From: a virus
Taxonomy: Duplodnaviria > Caudoviricetes
IMG/VR virus record: IMGVR_UViG_3300020576_003018
Location: 1 to 64,000 of that record
Direction: 5' to 3' (one strand)
DNA length: 64,000 nucleotides
Part shown: piece after piece, positions 1 through 9,878 of the stretch
Position numbering within the stretch: the first letter of the stretch is position 1
How the letters are laid out: each line of letters opens with the position of its first letter
Program-made: the position numbers and the translations under genes
Notes under the pieces: model-generated
What the model saw: the letters and a program-made list of their open reading frames with translations, nothing else
Told to the model about the DNA's origin: nothing
Database searches by the model: none

Positions 1-838
1 TACCAGAGGAAAGATAAGCTTGTTTGTAAAGTTCTGCTTGATCTTCCCCGGACAAACCATTGGAAATGGCTTCTGGTGTCATAACAAGAGGATAAACGAT
101 TCCAAGTGGGGATGGAATGGTCGTTGCAGTTGAAGACCCGAGAAAATAGGCTTCTGCGTCTGTGTTGGCACTGGAAGTCAGAGCAAAGGAGGTGTTGGAG
201 AGATAAGTCACACTTGCCGAAACGTTTGCGAGACCTGTTTGTAGTTGATCATAAAAGGTGACGTAACTGCTGGACGGGGTGGATCCAAAATCAGAGAAAG
301 TCCCTTCTGCTGTGTTGACTCTTCCCATTGCCGCAAAGGTCGCAACAACTTTGGAATAAGAAGTTGGGAACCTTGGCGATCTGACAACGGTTCTCACTAT
401 TCCTACTGGAGAATCGTACAGTGCTCTATAGACAAAACTACCAGCAAATGGTGCGGAAAAACTTGCGGTAAAGCTGGAGCCGGACAATGATGAGATGAAA
501 CTGTTTACAACACTACCATCAGAAGCTGAGAGTTCCGTGATGACAACAATTGGACTGCCACCAAATAAATAATCAAACCCCACAGATGCAGTCGAAGAAG
601 GATGTGTGACAGTTACTTCCTTTTCTTCATAAGCAGCAAACAGGTTGTTTGAGTAAGTGATCTGTTGGTCAAATGGCATGGTTTTCGCGTCATCAAAAAA
701 CCTTCCATATTTTCCCGTTCGATTATCTGACGAAGTTCTCCAGACTGTTGGAAAACTTCCAGTTGTTTCTTGTTTTCTGGACAGGAGTAGTTTTGGTGGA
801 AGACCTCTTACTCTTGTTCCTTTTTGGGTTCTCGCCAT
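1..838 (-). CDS. Probable virion structural protein, partial (runs off the window edge)
   Basis: Hand translation from ATG at 838 (MARTQKGTRVRGLPPKLLLSRKQETTGSFPTVWR...) stays open to position 1. Ser/Thr/Gly-rich, same strand as the baseplate block, TACTTA motif 10 nt upstream. Absent from the supplied ORF track because it has no stop in the window. Confidence 0.75.
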   Translation of the reverse strand, partial: MARTQKGTRVRGLPPKLLLSRKQETTGSFPTVWRTSSDNRTGKYGRFFDDAKTMPFDQQITYSNNLFAAYEEKEVTVTHPSSTASVGFDYLFGGSPIVVITELSASDGSVVNSFISSLSGSSFTASFSAPFAGSFVYRALYDSPVGIVRTVVRSPRFPTSYSKVVATFAAMGRVNTAEGTFSDFGSTPSSSYVTFYDQLQTGLANVSASVTYLSNTSFALTSSANTDAEAYFLGSSTATTIPSPLGIVYPLVMTPEAISNGLSGEDQAELYKQAYLSSG

Positions 839-863
839 GTCGATGCCCTAAGTAGGAAAACCT

Positions 864-1691
864 TCAACTGCCTCGAAACAACCCTCCAAAAGCCACCGAG
901 TCCGTTCCGTAAACCGCCGCATTGCCACCATAATACGAATATCCAGCAGATGCACTCTTTTTGTCTCTTGTTTGCAAATATGAATCAGAAGGGTTGTAAG
1001 CCTCGTTGCCTTTAACAAGATCCGAGGCGCCAAGAAGGTCTGGGAAATAGCTGCCCTCACCGTTATCATCCCAAGGAGCAATTTCAGGGATCAGTTTGTT
1101 GGAAACCGTTGCACCATATGAGACAACGTTGTTTGTTGACAACACCCAAGCGCCTTGTTCCAGGAAAGGTCGGACATATCCATTTTTACGCCTGAAAACC
1201 ATCTGTTCCACTTCTGGGTTTCCAACCGAGGAAAGTGAACCGTTTTCCAAGTTGGCGTGTGTTGTTGGGCTGGGGATGATGGCTTCTTCTCTAAAACCAT
1301 TCCCAGCATTTGCGTAGGTCTTATAGGATCCAGTTGTTGGTTTAGTAGAGGAAACAAGGTAGTCTACAGTTCTTGGTATTTGGTTGGTTGATGTTTCGCC
1401 TTCAATTACCAGTGTTGAGTCAACGAAAGTCGGAGTGCCAACAATCAAAGGTGGCTGTCCAAAGCTGTTTAATAGTGATGTTTCATGTGTGATGACACCA
1501 TTCGGTTGCGTCACTGGATCGCAGAAAAAGATCTTGATTTGGTTCGAACCGTAAATGTCTTGAGTTGTTCTTAAAGAAACACCTTCTCTAAAATTGTCAA
1601 TTGCTGTTGTGTCAATACCACCAGACACAACCATTCTCCTGTTGACCTTACCATAAAAAAAGGGAATATCGTTGAACGGCTGGATTGTCAT
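864..1691 (-). CDS. Hypothetical virion-associated protein
   Basis: 275-aa ORF tightly packed in the structural block; no recognised motif. Confidence 0.7.
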   Translation of the reverse strand: MTIQPFNDIPFFYGKVNRRMVVSGGIDTTAIDNFREGVSLRTTQDIYGSNQIKIFFCDPVTQPNGVITHETSLLNSFGQPPLIVGTPTFVDSTLVIEGETSTNQIPRTVDYLVSSTKPTTGSYKTYANAGNGFREEAIIPSPTTHANLENGSLSSVGNPEVEQMVFRRKNGYVRPFLEQGAWVLSTNNVVSYGATVSNKLIPEIAPWDDNGEGSYFPDLLGASDLVKGNEAYNPSDSYLQTRDKKSASAGYSYYGGNAAVYGTDSVAFGGLFRGS

Positions 1692-1692
1692 G

Positions 1693-4600
1693 TCAGTATT
1701 TCCTCAAGATTCCTGTGAACAACTGGAGAAGTAGTTGTTCCTTCTGTTTGTTTCGATTTGATTCTCCGAGGTACATGTCTTCACTGTGATAGCGAACCTT
1801 GTTTCTTTCGAGAACGTGGCTGGTGACGACATAGTTGATACCATCGAATGACGTTTTGCCTGGGATCAGTTGTTCGATCAAGCTGCCAAGGTTCGTGTTG
1901 AACCACTTGTAGAAGTCGTAGAAGCCACGCACATTCAATTTGTTCGTAAGTCTGTTGAAGTAGATGTCTTGAAGATTCTCCAAGTCCAGATAATCCTCAG
2001 AGAACATTTGATTTGGACTTCCAATGTAGTTGTTGAACTGATCCAAAGAAGAGAACATCCCAATTATGTCTTGGTCCAAAGCGTCGGTGAGCCCGAAGTC
2101 AATACTAAACCTCCCAGTGTCCTGTGGAATCTGCTCTTGAGAGATTTCATACACAGGGGCAAGAGAAGAGTATTGAGCTTCATCACCCAAAACATTCGTC
2201 AAATCTTGATAACTTCTGACCCTGACCTTTTCTGTTGTAACGCCCTCACCAAAGTTCGGAGAAAGAAACGAGTAATAGAACCTTTGAGGAAGAACAACGG
2301 TGCTGCTTGCTGGAAACCTGGAACCCGTTGCGTGAAGGTTGTTCTGGGAAAAGTCAAACACCTCCAGGTTCCCAAGGTTTGTTGATTGCTTTGTTGGTTG
2401 ATCTGTTGACCAATCCCCTCTGAGTCTCTCAAATGAACCAGAAACCGTTGTGTCGAAGTTGAAGTTCACTTTTGGATTTGAGACACCAAGAGATTTGTAA
2501 TCTCTAACGTGTTCATTCCATTCATCCAAGGTCAACGCTTTGGTCCACCAACGGATTTGTCCTACCCTCCCAACAAAAGTTTGGAGATTGTTTTCATTCA
2601 CAAAGTTTGTGTTTGCCAGGATAGCGTTGCTCCCACTTCCTATTGCGAGAAATGGAACGCTTCCAGTTCCATCTCTGACTTGCCAGAGGTTATTGGCTGA
2701 GTTTCCATTAAAGTTATCGTCAAACAGGGAAGAGGTTGTATAAACCTCAGCAACAACACCCAAACTGTTTCTTCCAGCCCTGAGAAAGTAAGAAGAAGAC
2801 ACTTGGCCTACAAGGTCTCCTCTAACCCTACCGAAAGAAATATTCCAGGGTTGTCCATCCATAATACTTGGAACACCCAGAGACATTGTAAGAACAGACG
2901 AGTTCATTGCAGAGTTTGGTCTTGCAATGAGTGTCAAACCGGAACCAGATGTTGCGATCACATTGACAAGAATGTTTTCATCGGCAGTAGACCCGGTTGA
3001 CATAACTCGAACCAAACTTTGAACCGAACTTGTTGTTGGCAGCCCAGGAAAGTTGTAGATGGCTTCAAACGTCCAAGAACCACTGGTAAACAAACCATCA
3101 CTTGTGTTGTTTGTGTCGGTTGGTTTACCGTTGGAATCATAAACAAATGAACCAACTGGAGGAGGTGTTCCAGGCTCAATTCTACTTCCCGAAAGTTCTG
3201 GCGAGCGGATATAACCTCCACTCAAAAAACTCAACATCGCTCCGACTTCATTTCTGGTTTCACGGAGTCCTGTCAGTGTTCTTTGCGTTGGTCCGCCGTA
3301 TTCTCTGAACCTGAAAACATTGTCTCCTTCGATGCCAACTGCTCTCAACAACGCTTTAATTCCATGAACGGTTCCCTTGCTCTTGAGAATGTCATTTGCG
3401 TTAATGAGAATCCTTCTCCAAACCTGATTTTGAAGATATTGCAGAGAGTTTTCGGAATTTACGATTTCCGGGGTGATGTTTGATCCATTGATAAATTGAT
3501 TGATTGTTGAATTGGTAAACAGGGGAGGAAGTTCCAGCCCATAAAATTTCGCCAGTTGCATCAAAAAGGCATCTGGCACAGTATCATCCGAATCATAGTC
3601 AACGTGCCTCAATGTTGAAAAAGCATCGAGAAAGAGTTTTAGTTCATCGAAGAATCCAGCCCAAAGATAAAGCAGAGAAAGAATAGATTGCGTGCCACCG
3701 AGTCTTGCGGTGTTTGGTTCAGAACCATATTCCAGAGTGGTGATTCCACCTTCTTCTGTTTCAAGCGCATCTTCTTCTTGTCCCATTGTGAGAAAGTGTT
3801 TTGGAACAAGTTTGATGATGATGTTTGGATTGTAGGAATCATAGGAAGTGGCATCCTCCAGAAGTGTTTCTCTGTAAGAAACAACAGAAGGTTGATCTGG
3901 AAAAAGAATTGGACACTTTCTTTCATCTTCATAGATCATTGGGCTTGCTCCAAAGTAAGCCCCTGTTGCGATATTTCTGACCTTCAACGTGGAAAGAGCG
4001 TATGAGTTCAGGGTTCCGTGCATACCTTGTCCGCTATGATCCAAGACAAGGTTGGTGGAACTTCCGCTGGGCTCATTGAATTTGAAATACAAAGCCAAAT
4101 CTGGTTGTGCATAAACACTTCCACTCTGATTCAACACCATTTCCGATGGTGAGACAACCTTCTTCCAATATCTGAACTCATCAATGGCTCCAGAAAATGT
4201 TTGCTGCGGCTCAAACAGCGGAGTGGCGATATTGCTCCCAGAGCCCAGGATAGAACTTGCAGAGGTTATTCCAAGGCTTCTGATGGTTACTTGACTGCTG
4301 CTGGCAATCAACGATCCACTGACATACCCGAAAATCCTGTTGTTGCCGCTTTGGCGATTCCAAACAAATGAAACCGGCGTCCAAACTCCTTTGACCACGG
4401 GCAGAGAAGCCAACATTGTTGACACGGAACCCGAAGCAACAAAAAAGGTAAGATCCGCGGTGAGAGGATTTGAACTTTGTGAAAGAAAACAACCAAACCC
4501 TTGTTCCAGCGCCGGGTTGTATTTTTGAAACACAATTTGATTTAGGTTTGAGCCAGTTGCAACACAAATCTGCATCTCAAAACTAATGGAACTGGTTGTT

Positions 4601-5121
4601 GGATCCAGTCTTGATGCTCCATTGGGAACTCTTGTCAGCAGAGGAAAAGAAGACCCTGCCGAATCTTTGACAGTGACAAAGGTTCCTCTGCCACTTGCAT
4701 CCCCAGGATTTGATCCAGAAAAGAAGAGATATCCTTTGTTTTTTGGCAGGTTGGAATAGACGTAATTCTCATACCCAGTCATTCCATCAAAAAACAACTC
4801 TGTTTCTCTTCTGTTTCCATCGAAGGGATACCTGTCGAAAATCTTGTTGAAAGCAGCATTCACCTTCACTTCGGCTGAGTTGAAAAAAACATGGTTTTCG
4901 AACACGGACCAATCGACGTTCAATTGTTGTGTTGACTTGATCCCAGAACCAATCGGATCATATCGGAACGATCCTGTTTCTCCAATTGCAGAATCAACAA
5001 CGTATTGTCCGTTCTCGGAAGAAAAGGAAGACAAGCCCCCGTCCGGGTTTGTTACTCCACGAACAACAGAAGGACTAAACAAACTTGGCTTCAGTTTTAG
5101 CAATCTCTGAATAGGTGTCAT
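1693..5121 (-). CDS. Large virion structural protein with probable LamG/ConA-like beta-sandwich domains (baseplate/tail-associated)
   Basis: 1142 aa, S/T/G-rich. Two segments resemble laminin-G-like domains (FSGAIDEFRYW...LALYFKFNE; FVGRVGQIRWW). Lies next to baseplate genes. Confidence 0.65.
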   Translation of the reverse strand: MTPIQRLLKLKPSLFSPSVVRGVTNPDGGLSSFSSENGQYVVDSAIGETGSFRYDPIGSGIKSTQQLNVDWSVFENHVFFNSAEVKVNAAFNKIFDRYPFDGNRRETELFFDGMTGYENYVYSNLPKNKGYLFFSGSNPGDASGRGTFVTVKDSAGSSFPLLTRVPNGASRLDPTTSSISFEMQICVATGSNLNQIVFQKYNPALEQGFGCFLSQSSNPLTADLTFFVASGSVSTMLASLPVVKGVWTPVSFVWNRQSGNNRIFGYVSGSLIASSSQVTIRSLGITSASSILGSGSNIATPLFEPQQTFSGAIDEFRYWKKVVSPSEMVLNQSGSVYAQPDLALYFKFNEPSGSSTNLVLDHSGQGMHGTLNSYALSTLKVRNIATGAYFGASPMIYEDERKCPILFPDQPSVVSYRETLLEDATSYDSYNPNIIIKLVPKHFLTMGQEEDALETEEGGITTLEYGSEPNTARLGGTQSILSLLYLWAGFFDELKLFLDAFSTLRHVDYDSDDTVPDAFLMQLAKFYGLELPPLFTNSTINQFINGSNITPEIVNSENSLQYLQNQVWRRILINANDILKSKGTVHGIKALLRAVGIEGDNVFRFREYGGPTQRTLTGLRETRNEVGAMLSFLSGGYIRSPELSGSRIEPGTPPPVGSFVYDSNGKPTDTNNTSDGLFTSGSWTFEAIYNFPGLPTTSSVQSLVRVMSTGSTADENILVNVIATSGSGLTLIARPNSAMNSSVLTMSLGVPSIMDGQPWNISFGRVRGDLVGQVSSSYFLRAGRNSLGVVAEVYTTSSLFDDNFNGNSANNLWQVRDGTGSVPFLAIGSGSNAILANTNFVNENNLQTFVGRVGQIRWWTKALTLDEWNEHVRDYKSLGVSNPKVNFNFDTTVSGSFERLRGDWSTDQPTKQSTNLGNLEVFDFSQNNLHATGSRFPASSTVVLPQRFYYSFLSPNFGEGVTTEKVRVRSYQDLTNVLGDEAQYSSLAPVYEISQEQIPQDTGRFSIDFGLTDALDQDIIGMFSSLDQFNNYIGSPNQMFSEDYLDLENLQDIYFNRLTNKLNVRGFYDFYKWFNTNLGSLIEQLIPGKTSFDGINYVVTSHVLERNKVRYHSEDMYLGESNRNKQKEQLLLQLFTGILRKY

Positions 5122-6722
5122 TGTTGAATCACCTTGAAAATAAACCCTTTGTTTTGAACGAGATTTGCTTCACCATTCTCTTTGATCAAGAACTCAATCT
5201 CATAAACTCTGTTGATTGGTAGATCTTCCATATAGACCTTGAAGTACATGCCTTGTCCATCCGCAGACAGTTTGGTGCCAACCTCGTCAAAGGGAATAAT
5301 GACTTCCTTGGAGAATGGATCAATAATTCTCCACTGCATGTTTTCAAACAGCTTGGGTTTGACTTGGTAAGGACTATAAAAGCTCGTCAAGGTTGTATCG
5401 AAATCAACCGTAAGAACTCTCATGGTTGCAACATCTGAGTTCCCATACACTTCTTGAAGATTCACAACGTTTGTAACGTAGTTTCTTGAACCAGCAACAG
5501 AAGTTTTCCCCTGTTGAGGGAAGAAGGTTAGGGATGGGCCTACATCGAACGTAACGGCATTATCCGGCGACTTCCAGACCGGGATCATATCAACGGAGCC
5601 ATCAGGCTTCAAGACCCCAGATAAGCCTGCTGCTGTCTTCTGAATAAACACGTCGGCATAGTAGCTACCCGTTTGGTAAATCCCGTTACCAGCAAAAGAA
5701 ATTTGAGAGCCAGTGAAACTTTGTGAGAAATAGTTCCAACTGGAGGAGGTGTAGGTGATGGTTCGTTGATGACTGAAACTGTATGTTGTTGCGGCAACAA
5801 AAGAACTTTGGCTTGCAATCAATTCCAGAATGATGCTACCGGAACCAGAAACAGGTGTGCTGCCAGAAACAAAGTTGGCTGGGGATCCGAATACCTTGTT
5901 GTAGAAACCGATTTTGTTGTTCCTGTCCAAAAACAGTTGCGCTTGGTTGTCAAAAAAAGTGTCGTTGTATTTGACGACAAGAGTTGGGTGAAGGTTGCTG
6001 TTCCTGGATTGCCTGCTGCTGAACCTTTTTACAAATCTTGTCACTGTGTCTGTTTCTTGAGAACCACTGAAGGCAATTCGAAAACCATGATTTGGAACTG
6101 CCCCAGCCAGTGAAACACTGACGAAAGATGTAATGTCAACAAGGAGGTCTTCATCTCCTCTGGCAAAGCTTTGGGAGAAGGTTAGTGGAACATAACCAAA
6201 AGAGGGAGAAGAAAGATGAGTGATATAGTCAGCACTTCCATCAGAGGCTTCTGCTCCATAGGCAATACCTCCGCTGGTCCAAGGTGTTACAACACCTCCA
6301 TCAATCGAAGCTGTAAACCAATTCACAGCATCCAGGTCTCTAAAACCAATAACGTCATTTCCCCTGCCTTCTGAAAAAGCCTTACCCAAAGGGTTGACAA
6401 CAAGGGAAAAGTTCGATGGAACAGTTTGACCACCAAACACATTCTTCATTGACAAGAAGCACTTGAAAGAAGAGTTGTTTGGATTGATTACTGAACTTGT
6501 TAGTGTAGAAATTGAGTCGAGGTTGAAATGGATGACCGCCCTGGAGAGTTCTACGCCGGAAGTTCCAGAAGGAACGGGAGTGGCATTGTAAAGCTTGAAA
6601 AGATCAAGGGTTCCAGCTTGCCCAACATTGGCATCCGTTGACCTGGAAAGGGTTGGTCTGCTGCTGTTGACAATTTTATTGGTGACATATCCGTCCTTGT
6701 CAGCTTTTATTTTTCGGTACAT
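5118..6722 (-). CDS. Conserved hypothetical virion protein
   Basis: 534 aa, beta-rich composition, overlaps the downstream gene by 4 nt, TATTTA motif 13 nt upstream. Confidence 0.65.
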   Translation of the reverse strand: MYRKIKADKDGYVTNKIVNSSRPTLSRSTDANVGQAGTLDLFKLYNATPVPSGTSGVELSRAVIHFNLDSISTLTSSVINPNNSSFKCFLSMKNVFGGQTVPSNFSLVVNPLGKAFSEGRGNDVIGFRDLDAVNWFTASIDGGVVTPWTSGGIAYGAEASDGSADYITHLSSPSFGYVPLTFSQSFARGDEDLLVDITSFVSVSLAGAVPNHGFRIAFSGSQETDTVTRFVKRFSSRQSRNSNLHPTLVVKYNDTFFDNQAQLFLDRNNKIGFYNKVFGSPANFVSGSTPVSGSGSIILELIASQSSFVAATTYSFSHQRTITYTSSSWNYFSQSFTGSQISFAGNGIYQTGSYYADVFIQKTAAGLSGVLKPDGSVDMIPVWKSPDNAVTFDVGPSLTFFPQQGKTSVAGSRNYVTNVVNLQEVYGNSDVATMRVLTVDFDTTLTSFYSPYQVKPKLFENMQWRIIDPFSKEVIIPFDEVGTKLSADGQGMYFKVYMEDLPINRVYEIEFLIKENGEANLVQNKGFIFKVIQQ

Positions 6723-6751
6723 CGGGTTGTCCCGATAAATACAACCCCCTA

Positions 6752-8602
6752 CTAACTGACTCTTCCTATCAAGTCAAAGGCGGGGAATTTGAGTTCAAAC
6801 ATTCCTCCCATTGGAGGAATCAAAATGGAGCCGTTTGCTAAGTTGGTATCAACGTTGTAACTCACTGAGCTATACTCTCTGCCACCAACATTCCCAGTCA
6901 AATTCCTCACCGTGATTCCCCTAACCGCCAAAACCCCAATGTTGTTGTAAATGATGTTTCTCACATCATCCAAAAACAAAGGTTGATCCATTTGAAAGTT
7001 GTTGGTGTTGAAATATTGAATCAGTTTGCTTTGAACGTTTTGGAGGATTTGTTGTCGATTTTGGCTTGGATCGACTGTGATGTCATAGTTGATCTGAAGG
7101 TTTACAACCCTACCATCCAGAACATCAATTGCATCTGATATCATTCGGTATTGATTCAAATACGTTGCAAGGTTATCCTTCAACATATCAGGAGCCACTG
7201 TCAGTTGACCTAAATCGTTTCTGCACAATAAAAACAGCAATGCGGCATTTGGATTGTCTGGGTTGGTTCTAATGCTTGCCCTGTAAACCCTCCCGAATGT
7301 CGCTGGGAGGGAATAAACCCTGGCGAGCAAATCTTCTTTGGAAACAATCCTTGATTGTGAATTCCTTGCGGAAGGAATTTGGAGACGCAACTCGTCGAGG
7401 GTCGGAGGATCATCACCACCTTTTCCTCTTTCATTGTTGTTTGCATCGGCAGAAGCTCTAACCGCCGATGCAACAGCAGCCGAAGGGTTGTTGGGAAACT
7501 CCATGATCAGGGTAGAAATCTCAGAAATGTTGTTTGGTGGAATGTTGTGATTGAGTCCACCTCCATGACGATAAGTCACAGTGATAGAAACATCTGGGGC
7601 AATCGCACCCAATGTCGATGTTCTTAAAAGGTTGTTGGGATCAATAGAAAACCTGGAAAAACTCGTCTTGCCAAACAAAGGCAAAGCAGCTTCACTTGGG
7701 TCAGGGACCCAATCATCATCCATCGTTGCCCCAGAACCACCACCGAACGTCAACGTTGTCAATCTGGTTGATAGTGATGTTGTTTTGAAAAACCTGTAAG
7801 GGGCTGGGAGGATTTCCAGATTAGATTCGACATATTGTTGAGTTGTGCTTGTTTCTTCCCGCGGGATGCTGTTGGCAATAGACTTAAACACAGTGTCTTG
7901 TGTTAGAAACTCAACTTCATAGTAAGTGTTACCATCACTATCAACAACAGAAAGAATCTCGGTTACATCGCGGTTTGCGAGGGTATAAGTCTTAAATGGC
8001 TCAAAACCAGAGACGGTGAAAGTTTCTGATGTTGTTGTGCTGGAGAGGCATGTTCCGTTGGCTGAGAAGATGTAGTTGACAGGATTTCCATTGTTGTCAA
8101 CCTCTCCAATTGAATAAGAGATACCTGCGGCTGGAGTTCCATCACTCTTTGTCAAGTGCATTTCAACATCCGAAAGAAGTTGAAATGGGATGCCTGGATT
8201 TGAGTTTACAATTGTTCCTTCTTTGAAAACTGGGAGAGCGGTTGTGTCGTAAGAACCTTGTGAGTTTGCAGGGATCCTTGCATAAAAAGTCACCGGAAGA
8301 ACGGCTGGGGCTGCACCCACAACAGGAACTCCCGCTTCCCTCAAAAGCTTCTCAAGATTCTTTGATTCAACAGCAGTTTCAGCATTCAGTTCTCCAAACT
8401 GGTGATCCAGATAAAGTGATTGAACGTCTCCGACATAAGCAGCAAGCTCGATAAGCAAGCCACCAAAACCGTTTGGAGAAAAATCTTGAATTTGGTTGGG
8501 AAAAAAGGTTCGGGCGTACTCTTCAAGGTCTGCCCTGAATGAATCAAAATCTTTGTTGACGTATTTTCTTGCCCTGATGGGTTGATTGTTGCGTGTATCC
8601 AC
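6752..8602 (-). CDS. Baseplate wedge protein (T4 gp6 / baseplate J-like)
   Basis: N-terminal KDFDSFRADLEEYARTFFP...DFS...GGLLIELAAYVGD, central TYRHGGGLNHN, and Q.RIVSKEDL are typical of the gp6/J family. Adjacent to a gp25-like gene. GTG start. Confidence 0.85.
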   Translation of the reverse strand: MDTRNNQPIRARKYVNKDFDSFRADLEEYARTFFPNQIQDFSPNGFGGLLIELAAYVGDVQSLYLDHQFGELNAETAVESKNLEKLLREAGVPVVGAAPAVLPVTFYARIPANSQGSYDTTALPVFKEGTIVNSNPGIPFQLLSDVEMHLTKSDGTPAAGISYSIGEVDNNGNPVNYIFSANGTCLSSTTTSETFTVSGFEPFKTYTLANRDVTEILSVVDSDGNTYYEVEFLTQDTVFKSIANSIPREETSTTQQYVESNLEILPAPYRFFKTTSLSTRLTTLTFGGGSGATMDDDWVPDPSEAALPLFGKTSFSRFSIDPNNLLRTSTLGAIAPDVSITVTYRHGGGLNHNIPPNNISEISTLIMEFPNNPSAAVASAVRASADANNNERGKGGDDPPTLDELRLQIPSARNSQSRIVSKEDLLARVYSLPATFGRVYRASIRTNPDNPNAALLFLLCRNDLGQLTVAPDMLKDNLATYLNQYRMISDAIDVLDGRVVNLQINYDITVDPSQNRQQILQNVQSKLIQYFNTNNFQMDQPLFLDDVRNIIYNNIGVLAVRGITVRNLTGNVGGREYSSVSYNVDTNLANGSILIPPMGGMFELKFPAFDLIGRVS

Positions 8603-8610
8603 AGGATTAG

Positions 8611-9093
8611 TTATGAGACCGCAAACGTTACCTGGAGAGTTGTAGATGGAACCAAAGCTCTGGGAATACTATAAAAAACAGTGATCCTTACGATTCCCAA
8701 TCCATCTGCTGAACCTCCCTCAACAAACACACTTTCATAGGTTTCCAATTCAACAAATGGCATGTACTTTGCAACAGCCGTTCTAATTCTCATAACCGCT
8801 TCATCATCAAACCAATCTTTGCCTCTCTCATACTCCGCAGCCAGTGGAAGAAGATTAGCTCCGTAATCAAAAAGACCAACTCTCTCACCCCAGTTGGTCA
8901 AAATCAAATCTCTCAGATTGTTCTTCATTTGGTCTGCAACCGAGAAGTGCATGTCTAAGATACCACTGCCATTTGTTCCTTGACGCAATGGTGTTTTGAT
9001 TCCAACTGGCTTTGGCGCTGGGGCAACGGCTTGCCTCTGTGTTGAAAGATCTGCACCAGTTATCCCAGAACTCTTGAAACTTCTCGTTGTCAT
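8611..9093 (-). CDS. Baseplate wedge subunit gp25/GpW-like
   Basis: QMKNNLRDLILTNWGERV...DYGANL...IRTAVAKYMPFVEL matches the gp25 pattern (ILT..GER....FG). Confidence 0.85.
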   Translation of the reverse strand: MTTRSFKSSGITGADLSTQRQAVAPAPKPVGIKTPLRQGTNGSGILDMHFSVADQMKNNLRDLILTNWGERVGLFDYGANLLPLAAEYERGKDWFDDEAVMRIRTAVAKYMPFVELETYESVFVEGGSADGLGIVRITVFYSIPRALVPSTTLQVTFAVS

Positions 9094-9860
9094 AGACCAA
9101 AACCTCTCCTCAAATCATTTGCAAACTCCTCCACTGAGGCATTCCCAGAAGGTGATGTTTCTGTTTCTGTTGTTGTTCTTCCTGGTGAAGGAGAAATATC
9201 CCTGGAAGGCAAGGAAGTGGGAACAACTTGTATTATTCCCTCCCTTTGGTCTCTCTTCTGGTTATCTTCCACTACCCCAGAAAACCCAGACGTTCTGGAG
9301 ATGTATTCTTCAAAAGATTCTCCAACTTCGGAAATCGCTCCAGGAGGATTATTACTGCCACCAAAATCTCCAGATGGCCCCGTGGTCGGTTGAACCACTT
9401 GAAGGCTCTCTATATTCCCCACAGCGCCAGCAAATGCCATGCTGGCTTGGTTCAACCTGATATTGTCAGGGTCGGAGTTATCAGACCCAACTCCATCCGG
9501 GTCGTTGGGGCACAACGGGAAAAAAGAACCAATGAAAGGCAGTGGATTCAAAAGCGATTTGATAAAACACCACAAGGCTTTCAAAATGGAGAAAGCCATC
9601 GCATAAGCCATTAGCTTGATCGGATCCGCTGAAGTTGGAGCGGGTTGCCTCACTCCAGTTACAGGAAATTTGAACGCAGCATAAAGACCATCACCCAAAA
9701 TCCTTGTTGCGGCATTTACAGGCGCTGGGAGTGCCGTAATGGCCGTTGAAACAGCAGCAAGTTTTGCCGTGTTGGCTGCAACATTTGCAGAGTTTTGAGT
9801 ATCCCTAAAAGTTTGAGCGGTTGATTCTGCTCTGATCCTCGCCAAATCATCTTGTGACAT
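9090..9860 (-). CDS. Hypothetical protein; low-complexity C-terminal half carries repeat copy A in frame
   Basis: 256-aa ORF coupled to the gp25-like gene; contains VEDNQKRDQREG. Confidence 0.65.
   Translation of the reverse strand: MSQDDLARIRAESTAQTFRDTQNSANVAANTAKLAAVSTAITALPAPVNAATRILGDGLYAAFKFPVTGVRQPAPTSADPIKLMAYAMAFSILKALWCFIKSLLNPLPFIGSFFPLCPNDPDGVGSDNSDPDNIRLNQASMAFAGAVGNIESLQVVQPTTGPSGDFGGSNNPPGAISEVGESFEEYISRTSGFSGVVEDNQKRDQREGIIQVVPTSLPSRDISPSPGRTTTETETSPSGNASVEEFANDLRRGFGL
9241..9273 (+). repeat. Dispersed repeat copy A (core cttctggttatcttccact at 9255-9273)
   Basis: 19-mer identical to 15926-15944 and 55198-55216, one mismatch to 27010-27028. Confidence 0.9.
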
Positions 9861-9878
9861 TGAGAGTTTTCCTTTCCT

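Noticed and set aside
1693-5121. Intein or intron in the large structural gene
   Set aside because: No intein terminal motifs, homing-endonuclease motifs or frame interruption were seen.
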